64,000 bases of DNA from positions 130,022 through 194,021 of IMG/VR virus record IMGVR_UViG_3300040801_002290; one strand, 5' to 3'. This DNA comes from a virus. Position numbers and translations under genes: made by a program. Position 1 is the first letter of the stretch; each line of letters opens with the position of its first letter. A model generated the notes under the pieces. The model was not told the origin of the DNA, did no database searches, and saw only the letters and a program-made list of their open reading frames with translations. Shown here in pieces: positions 1 through 9,615 of the stretch.

Positions 1-485
1 CTAACCGTGGAAATAAAAACCCCGTCTACATATAAAGAGGCCGATAAACCGCTGTTGTAAAGAACTGTGTAATTATGAAACATCCCATCTACCGGAGGTA
101 GATAACCAAAATCCCTAAAACTCCCATCCCACACACCAAGATTTCTTGAGGTTTGCTGAGAAATTAAATGATGTATATTTGTTGATGTGGTTGCTAAAAT
201 TGTCCTCCAGCTTCCAGAACTAGAGGATTCATCTCTTTGATACCACACCGAAGCTGTAATATTAGTATTAGAAAGAGGTGAGCTTATGGTCGCCCTCTTG
301 CCGGAAGCATCAAAATTAAAGGAGTTTTCGGAAAAACTTGGGGAGTTTAATAGAGTTGCATTGTTAAAGCTATCCACTAAATTTCCCCAAACACTCCCCG
401 TACCAGAGTAGGACTTTTCATTAGCAGAGTCCAGAGATAAAACAAGTGCAGAAGTTGGGATTTTAGGAGAGTGAGTAAGTGCCAT
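1..485 (-). CDS. LamG/concanavalin-A-like virion protein (5' part; runs off window edge)
   Basis: Not in ORF track. ATG at 485 overlaps the TAA of the upstream gene (TAATG). Reads MALTHSPKIPTSALVLSLDSANEKSYSGTGSVWGNL... open to position 1, with an N-terminus similar to the adjacent 393-aa protein. Confidence 0.7.
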   Translation of the reverse strand, partial: MALTHSPKIPTSALVLSLDSANEKSYSGTGSVWGNLVDSFNNATLLNSPSFSENSFNFDASGKRATISSPLSNTNITASVWYQRDESSSSGSWRTILATTSTNIHHLISQQTSRNLGVWDGSFRDFGYLPPVDGMFHNYTVLYNSGLSASLYVDGVFISTV

Positions 486-1666
486 TATATACCGTACCTA
501 TGTCTTGACATTTCAAAGATATGCCTAACTTCATCGTCCGAAAGCTGCCTATTGTACACAGACGTTGAATATAAACCTCCGATAAAGTCATTAGTATACC
601 CATCTCCAATAATTATGTTTGAGGTTCCGTTTGCTGTAGTGGTGTACCCTCCAGCGGTTCCAGAATTTGAAAAAATACCATTCTTATACCACCTGGTAGA
701 GTTTGTGGCTTGGTCTCTGGTTACAGCGACAAAGGCCAATTCGTTTGGCTCTACAGTAAATGTAGAAAGAAGGCTAGCGTACGGAGAAGAATTCCCACCA
801 TGAGTACCAAAGAAATATGTTAGACTTCTGTTTGTTTCATGCGTAATGGTCCCTGGACCCCCATAGGCTTGGTTATAGGGGTTCCTTCTGGCAGAAGAAG
901 AACCTGTACCTGGCTCTATCCACATGCAAATTGTCTGGCCCAAAGAAAAATCCATAGTAGTTGCGTTATGCGGTATTGTGAGATTTGAGGTAGTACCATC
1001 AAAGGCAAATACATTTTCCGATGAATAAGAAAGGTTATTTGCTGTTAATTCATGTTTTTTAGTTAAATCTATAACTGCTTGGGTGCTGCTTCTAGTTCCT
1101 GGAGTATACGGTGTGTTATACGGCTTCTGTTCTATCTGCCCTTCTTTGATATACATAAAATCTGTAGCGGAATTGAAAACGGTTCCGTCTGCTACCGGGC
1201 GAGAAAATATATAACCTGTCTGAGTGGTAGTAGAGACATATGCAAAACCGTACTTTCCTATCCTATGTACCCCATCACCTAAATCTTCTGTAAAAGTGGT
1301 TCCTGGCGGGTCTTGTGTCTGATTGACATATGCTATCCCTATAGAAAATAAATTATCAAACTTACTAGGGACATTTGTTTTAATCAAAACAGAGGCGCTG
1401 TGTACAACACCCGCTCCAAAAGAGTGCGAAGTAATACCAACACTGTACGGATAACTTCCACCGGCCCAAGTTCCATTTAGAGAGTATTTTTTCCAACCGT
1501 CCTCTATGCCGACATAGGCTACAGTAAGAGAGTTTATAGCTACAAGTCCCATATTAGGGGCAAGGTTAGTAGTAGGCTCTCCCTTCCACGACTTAGGATT
1601 ATGCATATCATAGTAAAGCACCAACCCGTCGGTTGGCACTTTCTGGTTATTATAGGCTACCGCCAT
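485..1666 (-). CDS. LamG-like jelly-roll domain virion/fibre protein
   Basis: DGLVLYYD N-terminus. C-terminal FAFDG...TICMWI...YKNG...IIIGDG...FIGGLYSTSVYNRQLS pattern is typical of laminin-G/ConA domains. Confidence 0.7.
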   Translation of the reverse strand: MAVAYNNQKVPTDGLVLYYDMHNPKSWKGEPTTNLAPNMGLVAINSLTVAYVGIEDGWKKYSLNGTWAGGSYPYSVGITSHSFGAGVVHSASVLIKTNVPSKFDNLFSIGIAYVNQTQDPPGTTFTEDLGDGVHRIGKYGFAYVSTTTQTGYIFSRPVADGTVFNSATDFMYIKEGQIEQKPYNTPYTPGTRSSTQAVIDLTKKHELTANNLSYSSENVFAFDGTTSNLTIPHNATTMDFSLGQTICMWIEPGTGSSSARRNPYNQAYGGPGTITHETNRSLTYFFGTHGGNSSPYASLLSTFTVEPNELAFVAVTRDQATNSTRWYKNGIFSNSGTAGGYTTTANGTSNIIIGDGYTNDFIGGLYSTSVYNRQLSDDEVRHIFEMSRHRYGI

Positions 1667-1668
1667 GT

Positions 1669-2565
1669 TTAAACAACCTCATTCCACCCGTATACTCCAG
1701 GCTCCCAGACGTTGTTTGCAACAATGCTTATCCATGTTGAGCCGTTATGGGTGACAACATCATCAATTTGGTATTCTGTACCAGCACCACCAGGCTGTAC
1801 CCAAGCTTCAATGGTAGGCTCTCCGGTAATCGTGGATTCGTCTGTCCAGCCCGAAACTCCTGGTTCCCAAACGTTTCCATCTACATTACTAACCCACGTT
1901 ATTGAATTATGAGTAACTCTAAAACCAGCGGGGTAAGCGTCGTGCGCTCCTAGTGGCTGGCTCCAAGCAGGAACCGTGTCTCCTAGATGTACTTGCTTCC
2001 AGATTGAGTAAGAAACTTCTGGAAACCAGGTTGGCTGAGAAGTGTGAGTTACTATAGCCTGGTAAAATTTTCCGCTTCTAGAAACTATGTCATCAGCAAG
2101 GTATCTCTTCCAAGCAGTCCAGGTTGGGACTATTTCCGCAACAGTGGTTAAATCTTCTTCTGTAGTGGTTTCATCCTCGATAATATCCTGAACATACAAA
2201 GCAGACGCCCTCTGAATACTTTCAACAATTTGGTCTGTCTCAGATGGCATAGGCAAAGCGACCCAGAATAGAGAAGCCTCAACAGGTTCTTCACCAGTGC
2301 TAGTCTGAGAAGCCTGCCAGAAACCGCTGATATGAGAGACTACATCTCCCTCTGCATAGGCCGTTTCTACATCCCAAGGCCCCAGTGAAACATCTGAATA
2401 TATTTCCTGTGCATCGGCTACTGGAACTGATTTTCTTACCGGGCTTAGTCTTCCTAATAGGCTTCCATCTTCGTAAACCTCAACGGTCTCAAGGTATGTA
2501 ACGCTCTGTCTATCTGCCCCATACTCCACAACGAATTGGTCTACTATGACTTTTTTAGTTAACAT
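1669..2565 (-). CDS. Protein with repeated CBM5/12 (ChtBD3)-like carbohydrate-binding modules
   Basis: Repeats such as PAWSQPLGAHDAYPAGFRVTHNSITWVSNVDGNVWEPG and AWVQPGGAGTEYQIDDVVTHNGSTWISIVANNVWEPG. Confidence 0.7.
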   Translation of the reverse strand: MLTKKVIVDQFVVEYGADRQSVTYLETVEVYEDGSLLGRLSPVRKSVPVADAQEIYSDVSLGPWDVETAYAEGDVVSHISGFWQASQTSTGEEPVEASLFWVALPMPSETDQIVESIQRASALYVQDIIEDETTTEEDLTTVAEIVPTWTAWKRYLADDIVSRSGKFYQAIVTHTSQPTWFPEVSYSIWKQVHLGDTVPAWSQPLGAHDAYPAGFRVTHNSITWVSNVDGNVWEPGVSGWTDESTITGEPTIEAWVQPGGAGTEYQIDDVVTHNGSTWISIVANNVWEPGVYGWNEVV

Positions 2566-2572
2566 ATCATCC

Positions 2573-2926
2573 TCACTGTAAGGTTACCGAGATTTTAAAG
2601 GTTCGTGAAGTAGCCGTGGTGGGTGTAACATACAAATGGAAATTACCCGTTGCTACATTGGCCGAAAAAACATCATCCATCAAGTCACTAGTCTCATCTG
2701 TGGATACTATAGCATACTCAGTAATAAAACCATTAGTACCATCGTGAATAGCTAGAAACTCTCTGACAACATACTCTGTACCTAAGGTTGCCTGCACTAT
2801 GAACTTAGCGGAGCGAAAATCCGTTGTACTAAGGGAAAATAGAGATGTCAAAGAGGCGCTAGCCACGACAACCGTCTGGCTATCGTGTCTAGCATCCTTC
2901 AAGTCTATAGGTACTAATACCCGCAT
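2573..2926 (-). CDS. Small virion/fibre-associated beta-sandwich protein
   Basis: 117 aa, in operon with fibre genes; FRSAKFIVQA...IHDGT...EYAIV motif. Confidence 0.5.
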   Translation of the reverse strand: MRVLVPIDLKDARHDSQTVVVASASLTSLFSLSTTDFRSAKFIVQATLGTEYVVREFLAIHDGTNGFITEYAIVSTDETSDLMDDVFSANVATGNFHLYVTPTTATSRTFKISVTLQ

Positions 2927-2929
2927 TTA

Positions 2930-4885
2930 TTATCCAATCACGACTACCCTAAATTCATCCGTTGTTGGCGCTACCGAGAAACGCAGTTTTACGGCGTTGG
3001 TAGTCTCATGTTCTACTTCTGGGAAAACCCTATCGTAAGGAGTTGAGTTGTCATACACTTCGACTACAACGTCTCTAGTTCCAAAGTTGTGGGTAATGGT
3101 AAATTCTGTAGCAGAATTATTACCCACGTTAGCTACATGCCTTGTCATAAAGCCAAGGTTTGTCTTAGCCCCGGCTTCCGTAGTAGCTCCGGTACCACCC
3201 CTGGCGATAGCGATGGTGGTGCCGCTCCACGTACCAGTAGCAATTGTTCCTAGGGTAGTAATGCTCGTTGAGCCAGCCCAAGTAGAAAGAGCAACATTTT
3301 CTACGTTATTAAGAGACAAGTCGGTTTTTACTTCGGCGTAGGTGCGCTGTACTAGGTTTCCAGTTCCGTTACCCTTTAGATAGGAGTTAGTCGTAACGGA
3401 AGTAAGACCTGTACCGCCCTTAGCTACGGTAATGGTTGGAATTCGGGCTATATCAAAGGTACCGGTTGTAATCTTATCTGCATCAAGGCTTGGAATATCG
3501 CTCGCAATCAGAGTTGTACCAGCGGTAACCAGTCCCTTTGCGTCATAAGTAATTTTTGTAGCAGTACCACCCGTGATAGCAGCATTAGCGGCTACCGCCC
3601 CAATATCCGAAAGAACCTGTGCAGGAGTACGCTGCTGTAGCGTCGATGCAGAAGCGGCATTAATGTAGTTACCAGCGGTGTAGGAGGAGATTCCAGTACC
3701 ACCACGGTTGGCTGCAATTGTGGTTGCGCTCCAGGTTCCTGTAGTTACTGTACCTAGTGTAACGATTGTGGACTGACCAGCGTACGTAGAAGCAATGTCT
3801 ACCGAGTCTGCTCCAACAGTGATTCTATCCGCAGTTCCACCAACGTTAAGAGTGTTTCCAGTCTTTGTTAAACCGTTACCGGCAAGAATTTCACCCTGGC
3901 TGCTGAACTTTACGAAAGAAAGTGCAGTAGTATTTAGTGTAATTGGGTTTGCGGTGGAAAGGACCCACCCGGTGTTATCGTTCTCTGTACCTTCTTCAAC
4001 GAAGGTAAACATTCCGGAATTAACTTCTTCATCGCTGTTTGCGTCGTCGGCTCGTGACCATGCACCAGCAGCCACAACGTAAATACCATTCTGAGAAGCA
4101 GTGCCCTGATTCTTGACAAGAACTCTGTCTCCTGCAATTAGAGCAACATCGTCAACCGTCTGAGTTCCTGAAAGCGTAATGCTGCCTACGGTAGCTGCTC
4201 TTACAGACTCTTTGGCATCCAAACCACTTCTAGAAGCGTCAACGTATGCTTTGTTAGCAGCATCACTTGGGTTAACCGGGTCTGCCAAACTGGTGATTAT
4301 CTGGTTATTTAGAGAGACAGAGGCTGTAGGAGCAGCCATCTGGTCGAGACGGCTTGTCCTTACCTGTGTATCAAAGTCTGAAATAGTGGAGGCAAGTTGG
4401 GTGCCTGTGTGGTTTGTTCTACTTAGATAATAAGCTCCGTTTTGGCTATCTAAGTTGGTAGCGTTCGAAGCCGTACCCGTTAGATTGGCTGTAATTGTAC
4501 CGGCGGTAAAATTCCCTGAGCCATCCCTGAGTACTAACGTACTTACCGTATTAGCAGAAGTAGCATTGTTTACAAGAGTAAAGTGAGCAGAGGACATACT
4601 ACCGGCGTTAGAACCACTGGCTGCTAATATGCTTACAGTAATGTCTCCGGTAGAAGCACTAACCTGAATAGGAGAGGTTGCAGCTAGGCTAGTTACACCA
4701 GAACCGCCAGCGGAGTCATCCAAATCGACCCAGGCAGAGCCGTTATAAAATCTAATCTTTCCAGAATTAGAATTAAAATAAATTCTAGCGTCCGCTGCTG
4801 TTGGGTCCGCTGTTAGTGACTGTAAGCGAACGTTTCGTATTTCGTTTACAGTAAGGTCAATAGGTGTTAGGAACCTCTGTGCCAT
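2930..4885 (-). CDS. Tail fibre-like structural protein
   Basis: 651 aa, Thr/Ala/Gly/Ser-rich. Contains the LDAKESVRAAT...GDRVLVKNQ...QNGIYVV module and GGTG repeats common in phage fibres. Confidence 0.75.
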   Translation of the reverse strand: MAQRFLTPIDLTVNEIRNVRLQSLTADPTAADARIYFNSNSGKIRFYNGSAWVDLDDSAGGSGVTSLAATSPIQVSASTGDITVSILAASGSNAGSMSSAHFTLVNNATSANTVSTLVLRDGSGNFTAGTITANLTGTASNATNLDSQNGAYYLSRTNHTGTQLASTISDFDTQVRTSRLDQMAAPTASVSLNNQIITSLADPVNPSDAANKAYVDASRSGLDAKESVRAATVGSITLSGTQTVDDVALIAGDRVLVKNQGTASQNGIYVVAAGAWSRADDANSDEEVNSGMFTFVEEGTENDNTGWVLSTANPITLNTTALSFVKFSSQGEILAGNGLTKTGNTLNVGGTADRITVGADSVDIASTYAGQSTIVTLGTVTTGTWSATTIAANRGGTGISSYTAGNYINAASASTLQQRTPAQVLSDIGAVAANAAITGGTATKITYDAKGLVTAGTTLIASDIPSLDADKITTGTFDIARIPTITVAKGGTGLTSVTTNSYLKGNGTGNLVQRTYAEVKTDLSLNNVENVALSTWAGSTSITTLGTIATGTWSGTTIAIARGGTGATTEAGAKTNLGFMTRHVANVGNNSATEFTITHNFGTRDVVVEVYDNSTPYDRVFPEVEHETTNAVKLRFSVAPTTDEFRVVVIG

Positions 4886-4897
4886 TATTTTCTCCTA

Positions 4898-5506
4898 TTA
4901 ATTCAAATAAGCCTTTCCTAGAATATTACTAGTAAGATAAAGATAGAGTTCATTAGTGTTTATATACTCCACCTGTCCTTCTATAACTCTTTCGTTACTG
5001 CTATCATACGCTGTAACAGTTGGAAACTTCCCCAAAGAGTGAACTATGTGAAACCTATAAAAAGTCAACCCCAACTCTTCATTATCCATACCAGTAAGAA
5101 ACTCTGTAGTTCCAGACGTTGGTGTATATATGAATCTGGCATCTCCTGGGGTTCCAGAAAGAAGTGTATTAACTGTGTTAGTTACGAATTCGGTAGTAGC
5201 GATTCGTGTAGAATAGTCTCCTGCTGTTGGTGTCACTGAGACAGAATTTCCACGCAAGTCTGCGTCATAAAAAACAGCAGCCTCCATATCTAGACGAAGG
5301 TCCTCAAGGCTCTTTAGCAAGGCACTGTCGTATTTTATTGTCCCTTTAACCTGTTTAAGAATAGAGCGGAGATAGTTCAAATCATCTTCCAGAGACTTCT
5401 GAGAAGTGTAGGACAAGGTAGGTACAGCAAGACTATCAGTGACACTTGCGCTTTTGTCAACCTGTCTTTGTTTTACCTGTGTACCATCTGGAAGAAGTAT
5501 TGGCAT
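4898..5506 (-). CDS. Virion structural protein
   Basis: 202 aa. The C-terminal IVHSLGKFPTVTAYD module resembles ITHNFGTRDVVVEVYD at the end of the 651-aa protein. Confidence 0.5.
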   Translation of the reverse strand: MPILLPDGTQVKQRQVDKSASVTDSLAVPTLSYTSQKSLEDDLNYLRSILKQVKGTIKYDSALLKSLEDLRLDMEAAVFYDADLRGNSVSVTPTAGDYSTRIATTEFVTNTVNTLLSGTPGDARFIYTPTSGTTEFLTGMDNEELGLTFYRFHIVHSLGKFPTVTAYDSSNERVIEGQVEYINTNELYLYLTSNILGKAYLN

Positions 5507-5507
5507 A

Positions 5508-5744
5508 TTAATTCTCTAGGGATTCTACCTCTGGTGCTACCTGTGGCTCTTCATCCGTTCCAAGAGTGTCAACATATTCAAGTATGGCCTTAACTTCCAT
5601 GAGTCGGCCTTCCAGCAGGGAAATATCCTTTCTAGTAGCAACGAGAACCTTGTCAAGCTCGGCCTCCTGGCCCTTCTTTTCCTTTAGCTGGTTGAGGATG
5701 CTGTCTCTCTCACTGTTTAGGTCGGAAATGATTCTTTCTTTCAT
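5508..5744 (-). CDS. Small coiled-coil protein
   Basis: 78 aa, heptad pattern, tightly packed in operon. Confidence 0.55.
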   Translation of the reverse strand: MKERIISDLNSERDSILNQLKEKKGQEAELDKVLVATRKDISLLEGRLMEVKAILEYVDTLGTDEEPQVAPEVESLEN

Positions 5745-5758
5745 GTGTTTGTTCCTTT

Positions 5759-6469
5759 CTATGAAACGTCTACCCCTATCAATCTTCCTAATCCATCATA
5801 AACCAATGTTTTAGTAGACGTAGGTGTGACAACCTGGGAAATATTTCCCTGTAAATCATATATTAACACGGTCTCACTGGTATCATCAAATACCAGTTTT
5901 TCAATCTGACCAAAGTCATTATACACTATTTCAAAGCCTTGTTCTACTAAAAGAGATTCTAAGGCTTGAAGTCTAGCCTCAAGAGTAACATCTAGATAAT
6001 TCTGAATAGAGACTAGAGTAAGCTCTATAGTATCGACATCAGAAAACAAATCGTTGAGATTTGTTTCTAACAGGCTTACATCTCCTGCCAAAGTGAGCAA
6101 GTCTCCCTGAGTAGAGGTAAGGTCAATCTCTAAGTCTGAAAGCCACTGTTGCAAATCCCCGATGTCTGATTCTATGAGGTCAATCTCTGCTTGAGTTGGT
6201 AAAGCGGCTATTTCTAAATAAATATTGGAAATGTCACCGTTTATCGTCCCAATGTCGATAAGAACATCATCAACCCTCTGATGAAGAGAAACTATCTCTC
6301 CCTCATTTATAGTGACTCTACCATCTAAGGCATTTATGTCTGCAACAATATTTCCCGCATCGACAGACAAAGAATTAATAGCGGCCTTTAGCGCCGCTAT
6401 CTCTTCTAGGAGGTCGGCATATTGCGGCTCCCCTCCCCTAATTTGTCCCTGACGGACTCTAGTGGCCAT
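5759..6469 (-). CDS. Long coiled-coil (fibritin-like) protein
   Basis: 236 aa with a continuous I/L heptad repeat and a short C-terminal beta domain. Confidence 0.55.
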   Translation of the reverse strand: MATRVRQGQIRGGEPQYADLLEEIAALKAAINSLSVDAGNIVADINALDGRVTINEGEIVSLHQRVDDVLIDIGTINGDISNIYLEIAALPTQAEIDLIESDIGDLQQWLSDLEIDLTSTQGDLLTLAGDVSLLETNLNDLFSDVDTIELTLVSIQNYLDVTLEARLQALESLLVEQGFEIVYNDFGQIEKLVFDDTSETVLIYDLQGNISQVVTPTSTKTLVYDGLGRLIGVDVS

Positions 6470-6471
6470 TT

Positions 6472-7065
6472 TTAAATCCTATATTGCAAGGCTACCAAAT
6501 CCCCTGCTAGTGGGGTGTTGATGAACTCTATAACGTTCGTACTTCTCTTAACATAGTCGATTCCAGAGGACTGTACAACACCGTTCAACGCTACAAAATA
6601 AACCTCACCAGAAGCAGAAAAGACACTGGTAGTTCCATCTGCGACAAGAGTCTGCCACATGAACATTCCAACCAATTCTTGGGGAAGTGTAACAGGGTTT
6701 GGATTAATCGTCTGGTTAAGGTTACCAAGTAGAGGAGTACGCTGTTTGGGGGGAACGTAGTCCGGAAGCTCATCAAAGTCTACTACGGTAAGAGTTCCAT
6801 TAACTATCTTATTATAAATGTTGGTGGTGTCCTTAACAATTTTAAAGGTGTAATAATTCTCTCTTTTTCCATCGAAGGAACTGGGAACTAATTGAAAAGA
6901 GAATCTTCCGTAAGAGTTAGAGAACTCTCTTCTCATCTCATTTCCATAAAGAGAGGAGCTATAAGACATTTGAGAATTTAGCCATACCTCTATCAAAGCC
7001 CCGTCGTAGGGCTTTCCATTTACATCTCTTACAGTTCCGTTTACCGTTACAGTGTTAACAGGCAT
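6472..7065 (-). CDS. Virion protein with prealbumin/carboxypeptidase-regulatory-like beta-sandwich
   Basis: VTVNGTVRDVNGKPYDGALIEV...YGRFSFQLVP pattern. Confidence 0.5.
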   Translation of the reverse strand: MPVNTVTVNGTVRDVNGKPYDGALIEVWLNSQMSYSSSLYGNEMRREFSNSYGRFSFQLVPSSFDGKRENYYTFKIVKDTTNIYNKIVNGTLTVVDFDELPDYVPPKQRTPLLGNLNQTINPNPVTLPQELVGMFMWQTLVADGTTSVFSASGEVYFVALNGVVQSSGIDYVKRSTNVIEFINTPLAGDLVALQYRI

Positions 7066-7071
7066 GGTTTA

Positions 7072-7794
7072 TTACCCCGGCTGATAGCTGAGTAGTGTTT
7101 GAGTGGTCAACTCCACAGAAGGTAGATTAGGTACGAATCCTCTTGTTGTGAATCCAACAATCGGTACATTAATTGTTACGTCTAGACCTACAACCAATGG
7201 CAGTTCAAAATACCCACTATCGTCGGTAACCGTAGTAGACGCATACCCAATAAGTCCAGCTTTGTGGGTAAAGAACCCAGCCCTATTAAGGTAAGCTTCA
7301 ATCTTTTGCCCAGACAGTGGCTTCCCGGCCACATCTTTTAGGGTACCAAACACCTTACACAGACTTGGCTCTACTGTTGTCGGAGCCCCGCCGAAAAGGT
7401 GCCTTTCAAAGAAATATTCAAATGTTGATACATCAGGAATGTCGATAAACTCAACAGACTCGGGAACAAGGGGGTCATAGTCGGGGTTTGGAACTGTTTC
7501 ATAATCAAAGGACTGATATTCAAAAACCAAGTCCTGAACAATGCTGGGCAAAGTAATAATGGTTCTAGTCTTTAGAAGTGGGTCACCGAAGAACACATCA
7601 AAAAGATACCAAAAATCTTCTAAATCATATGTAGCTTCCGGGTCTGCAACATCTACAAAGTTATTTAGTGCTGGGCTAAAATAAAACCCATCACGAAGCC
7701 TTCTTATTCTGACCCTAAGACCGGCTTTTGGAGTAGAGCGAACAAGTTCTAGTCGCTCATTTATTTTGTGAGTATATTCTGGTATGCTTTCCAT
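7072..7794 (-). CDS. Virion protein, C-terminal domain paralogous to 6472-7065
   Basis: VFGTLKDVAGKPLSGQKIEAY...TDDSGYFELPLV. Upstream TATAAT and GGAG SD on the minus strand. Confidence 0.5.
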   Translation of the reverse strand: MESIPEYTHKINERLELVRSTPKAGLRVRIRRLRDGFYFSPALNNFVDVADPEATYDLEDFWYLFDVFFGDPLLKTRTIITLPSIVQDLVFEYQSFDYETVPNPDYDPLVPESVEFIDIPDVSTFEYFFERHLFGGAPTTVEPSLCKVFGTLKDVAGKPLSGQKIEAYLNRAGFFTHKAGLIGYASTTVTDDSGYFELPLVVGLDVTINVPIVGFTTRGFVPNLPSVELTTQTLLSYQPG

Positions 7795-7818
7795 ATGTCT
7801 CCAATTATATCCTTAAGG

Positions 7819-9552
7819 TCAGGAGGTTTCAATTATTTTTCGTATGAAGTCCTCGCCCTTGTCCCAAAGTTGCTCCATTTCCATACCGTTTGCTTGGGCA
7901 AAAGCTATGAGAGTGTTCTTGTCTTGAGTGCTTAGGCTACTGGTATAAGAAACTGCGTTTTGGTATTGGGCCGAAAAAAGTCTAGTAGCATAGAGAATGC
8001 CACCAGCTTCATCCTCAAATAACCCCTCCATCTGAGCTTCAAATAGGGTTTTTAGAACCTCTGAATAATGCAGTCCACCGGTTTTATACTCTTCCGGTAG
8101 GTAACCATCCTGAGCCAAGCTCATCAGGTGACGGCCAAGTACAACCGGCTTTATTCTCTCTTCGGATAGGGAAAGCTGATTTGCCATGAACAGCAACTCT
8201 TTAGCCTTCTCAGGTACTCCCTTTTCTAATGGAGGGCGACCAGAATGGTCTGCTTCTATGACTCTAACCAACATCTCAACATTAGCTGGGTGAAGCCTTA
8301 GAGAAAGCCTTCTAACAGCCCGAGGAGTTATGTCGTTTAGGTGAGACATATGCTCAGAAACTAGAGGCCAAACCTTAGCGATTACGGTCTCCTGAACACC
8401 AATTGAGCGAAGAAAAGACTTGGTTGGGTCAACCCCGGCCTGTGCATGTCCCGGAGCATGGTACTCTCCGTTTTCTACAATTGTGGTTGTAGGTTTTCCG
8501 AAATCGTGACATAGGGCTGCCATTAGTAGAACAAACCTATCCTCACCCTGTAGTCCGTCTCTTTCGGCAATTAGAGCGGCTTCATCAACTACATGAAGAG
8601 TATGCTCCCAAACATCTCCCTCTGGATGCCACTTCTCTTCCTGCTTTACTCCTATGAGTTCTTTTATTTCTGGATAAAAGTCAATCCATCCTGTCTGTCT
8701 AAGAACCTTTAATCCAGCACTGGGTTTTTTGCCTTTTAAAGCCCATTTCTGCCATTCAGTAAAAATTCTTTCTTTTGCAATGGTTGGATATTCGTGCTTA
8801 ATGTCGTTGGCTAGTTTCGCCGTGGAGTCATCCATAGTCATGTCAAACCTAGCGGCAAACTGCATACCACGAAGAACACGTAGAGGGTCTTCCGAGAATT
8901 TGTCAGAGATATGACGAAGCCTTCTCTGCTGCAAGTCCTTCATTCCCCCGAAAAAGTCCAGAATTTTGCCTTCCGGAGTCATGGAGAGACCGTTAATTGT
9001 GTAGTCTCTACGTGAGGTTGCTTCCTCGGCAGACATCGTATGGTCTGGCTCAACTACGAACCCTCTGTGACCTTCACCCTCTTTGTTTTCTCTTCTGGGC
9101 AAAGAAAAGTCATAGTCACCATTCTGAGTGGTAAGTTTTATAACCCCGAAACTAGCTCCAACTACATCCACCTTTCCGTAGTTAGAAAGAATCTTTTGAA
9201 GCTCTTCTGACGGGACATTATAAACCTCTATGTCAACATCCTTATTCTCCGAGCCCATGTACCTGTCTCTCACTGCTCCACCCACAAACAACATGTCGCC
9301 GCCAAGTTGTCTAATGTCATTTGCGATATGGTAAACCTCTTGGTCAACCTGTAGAGGCTCGTGTGTCTCAGTTTCCAGGTTGCTACTCTCTAGTGTCCAA
9401 CCGGGAATAAGTCCGGTGGAAACGTCGGCAAATCTGTAAGGACCCCCGGAAAATTCACCTGGGGTCTTCACAACCTCGCCTTTTTCGGAGCTTATTCTAA
9501 GCACATAGCCAGACGGGACTACGAATCCTTTTAACGAATCTATTCTGTTCAT
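7819..9552 (-). CDS. cca: Class II tRNA nucleotidyltransferase (CCA-adding enzyme) with HD phosphohydrolase domain
   Basis: LFVGGAVRD...KDVDIEV (catalytic DxD), RRDYTINGL, FSEDPLRVLRGMQFAARF. HD domain HPEGDVWEHTLHV...LCHDFGKP. About 70-aa N-terminal extension. Confidence 0.92.
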   Translation of the reverse strand: MNRIDSLKGFVVPSGYVLRISSEKGEVVKTPGEFSGGPYRFADVSTGLIPGWTLESSNLETETHEPLQVDQEVYHIANDIRQLGGDMLFVGGAVRDRYMGSENKDVDIEVYNVPSEELQKILSNYGKVDVVGASFGVIKLTTQNGDYDFSLPRRENKEGEGHRGFVVEPDHTMSAEEATSRRDYTINGLSMTPEGKILDFFGGMKDLQQRRLRHISDKFSEDPLRVLRGMQFAARFDMTMDDSTAKLANDIKHEYPTIAKERIFTEWQKWALKGKKPSAGLKVLRQTGWIDFYPEIKELIGVKQEEKWHPEGDVWEHTLHVVDEAALIAERDGLQGEDRFVLLMAALCHDFGKPTTTIVENGEYHAPGHAQAGVDPTKSFLRSIGVQETVIAKVWPLVSEHMSHLNDITPRAVRRLSLRLHPANVEMLVRVIEADHSGRPPLEKGVPEKAKELLFMANQLSLSEERIKPVVLGRHLMSLAQDGYLPEEYKTGGLHYSEVLKTLFEAQMEGLFEDEAGGILYATRLFSAQYQNAVSYTSSLSTQDKNTLIAFAQANGMEMEQLWDKGEDFIRKIIETS

Positions 9553-9615
9553 TCTACCTCTTCGTAGTCTTTGCCTAGTAGTTTGTATATTAGAGAGGGG
9601 TATTTCTGAGGGTTA

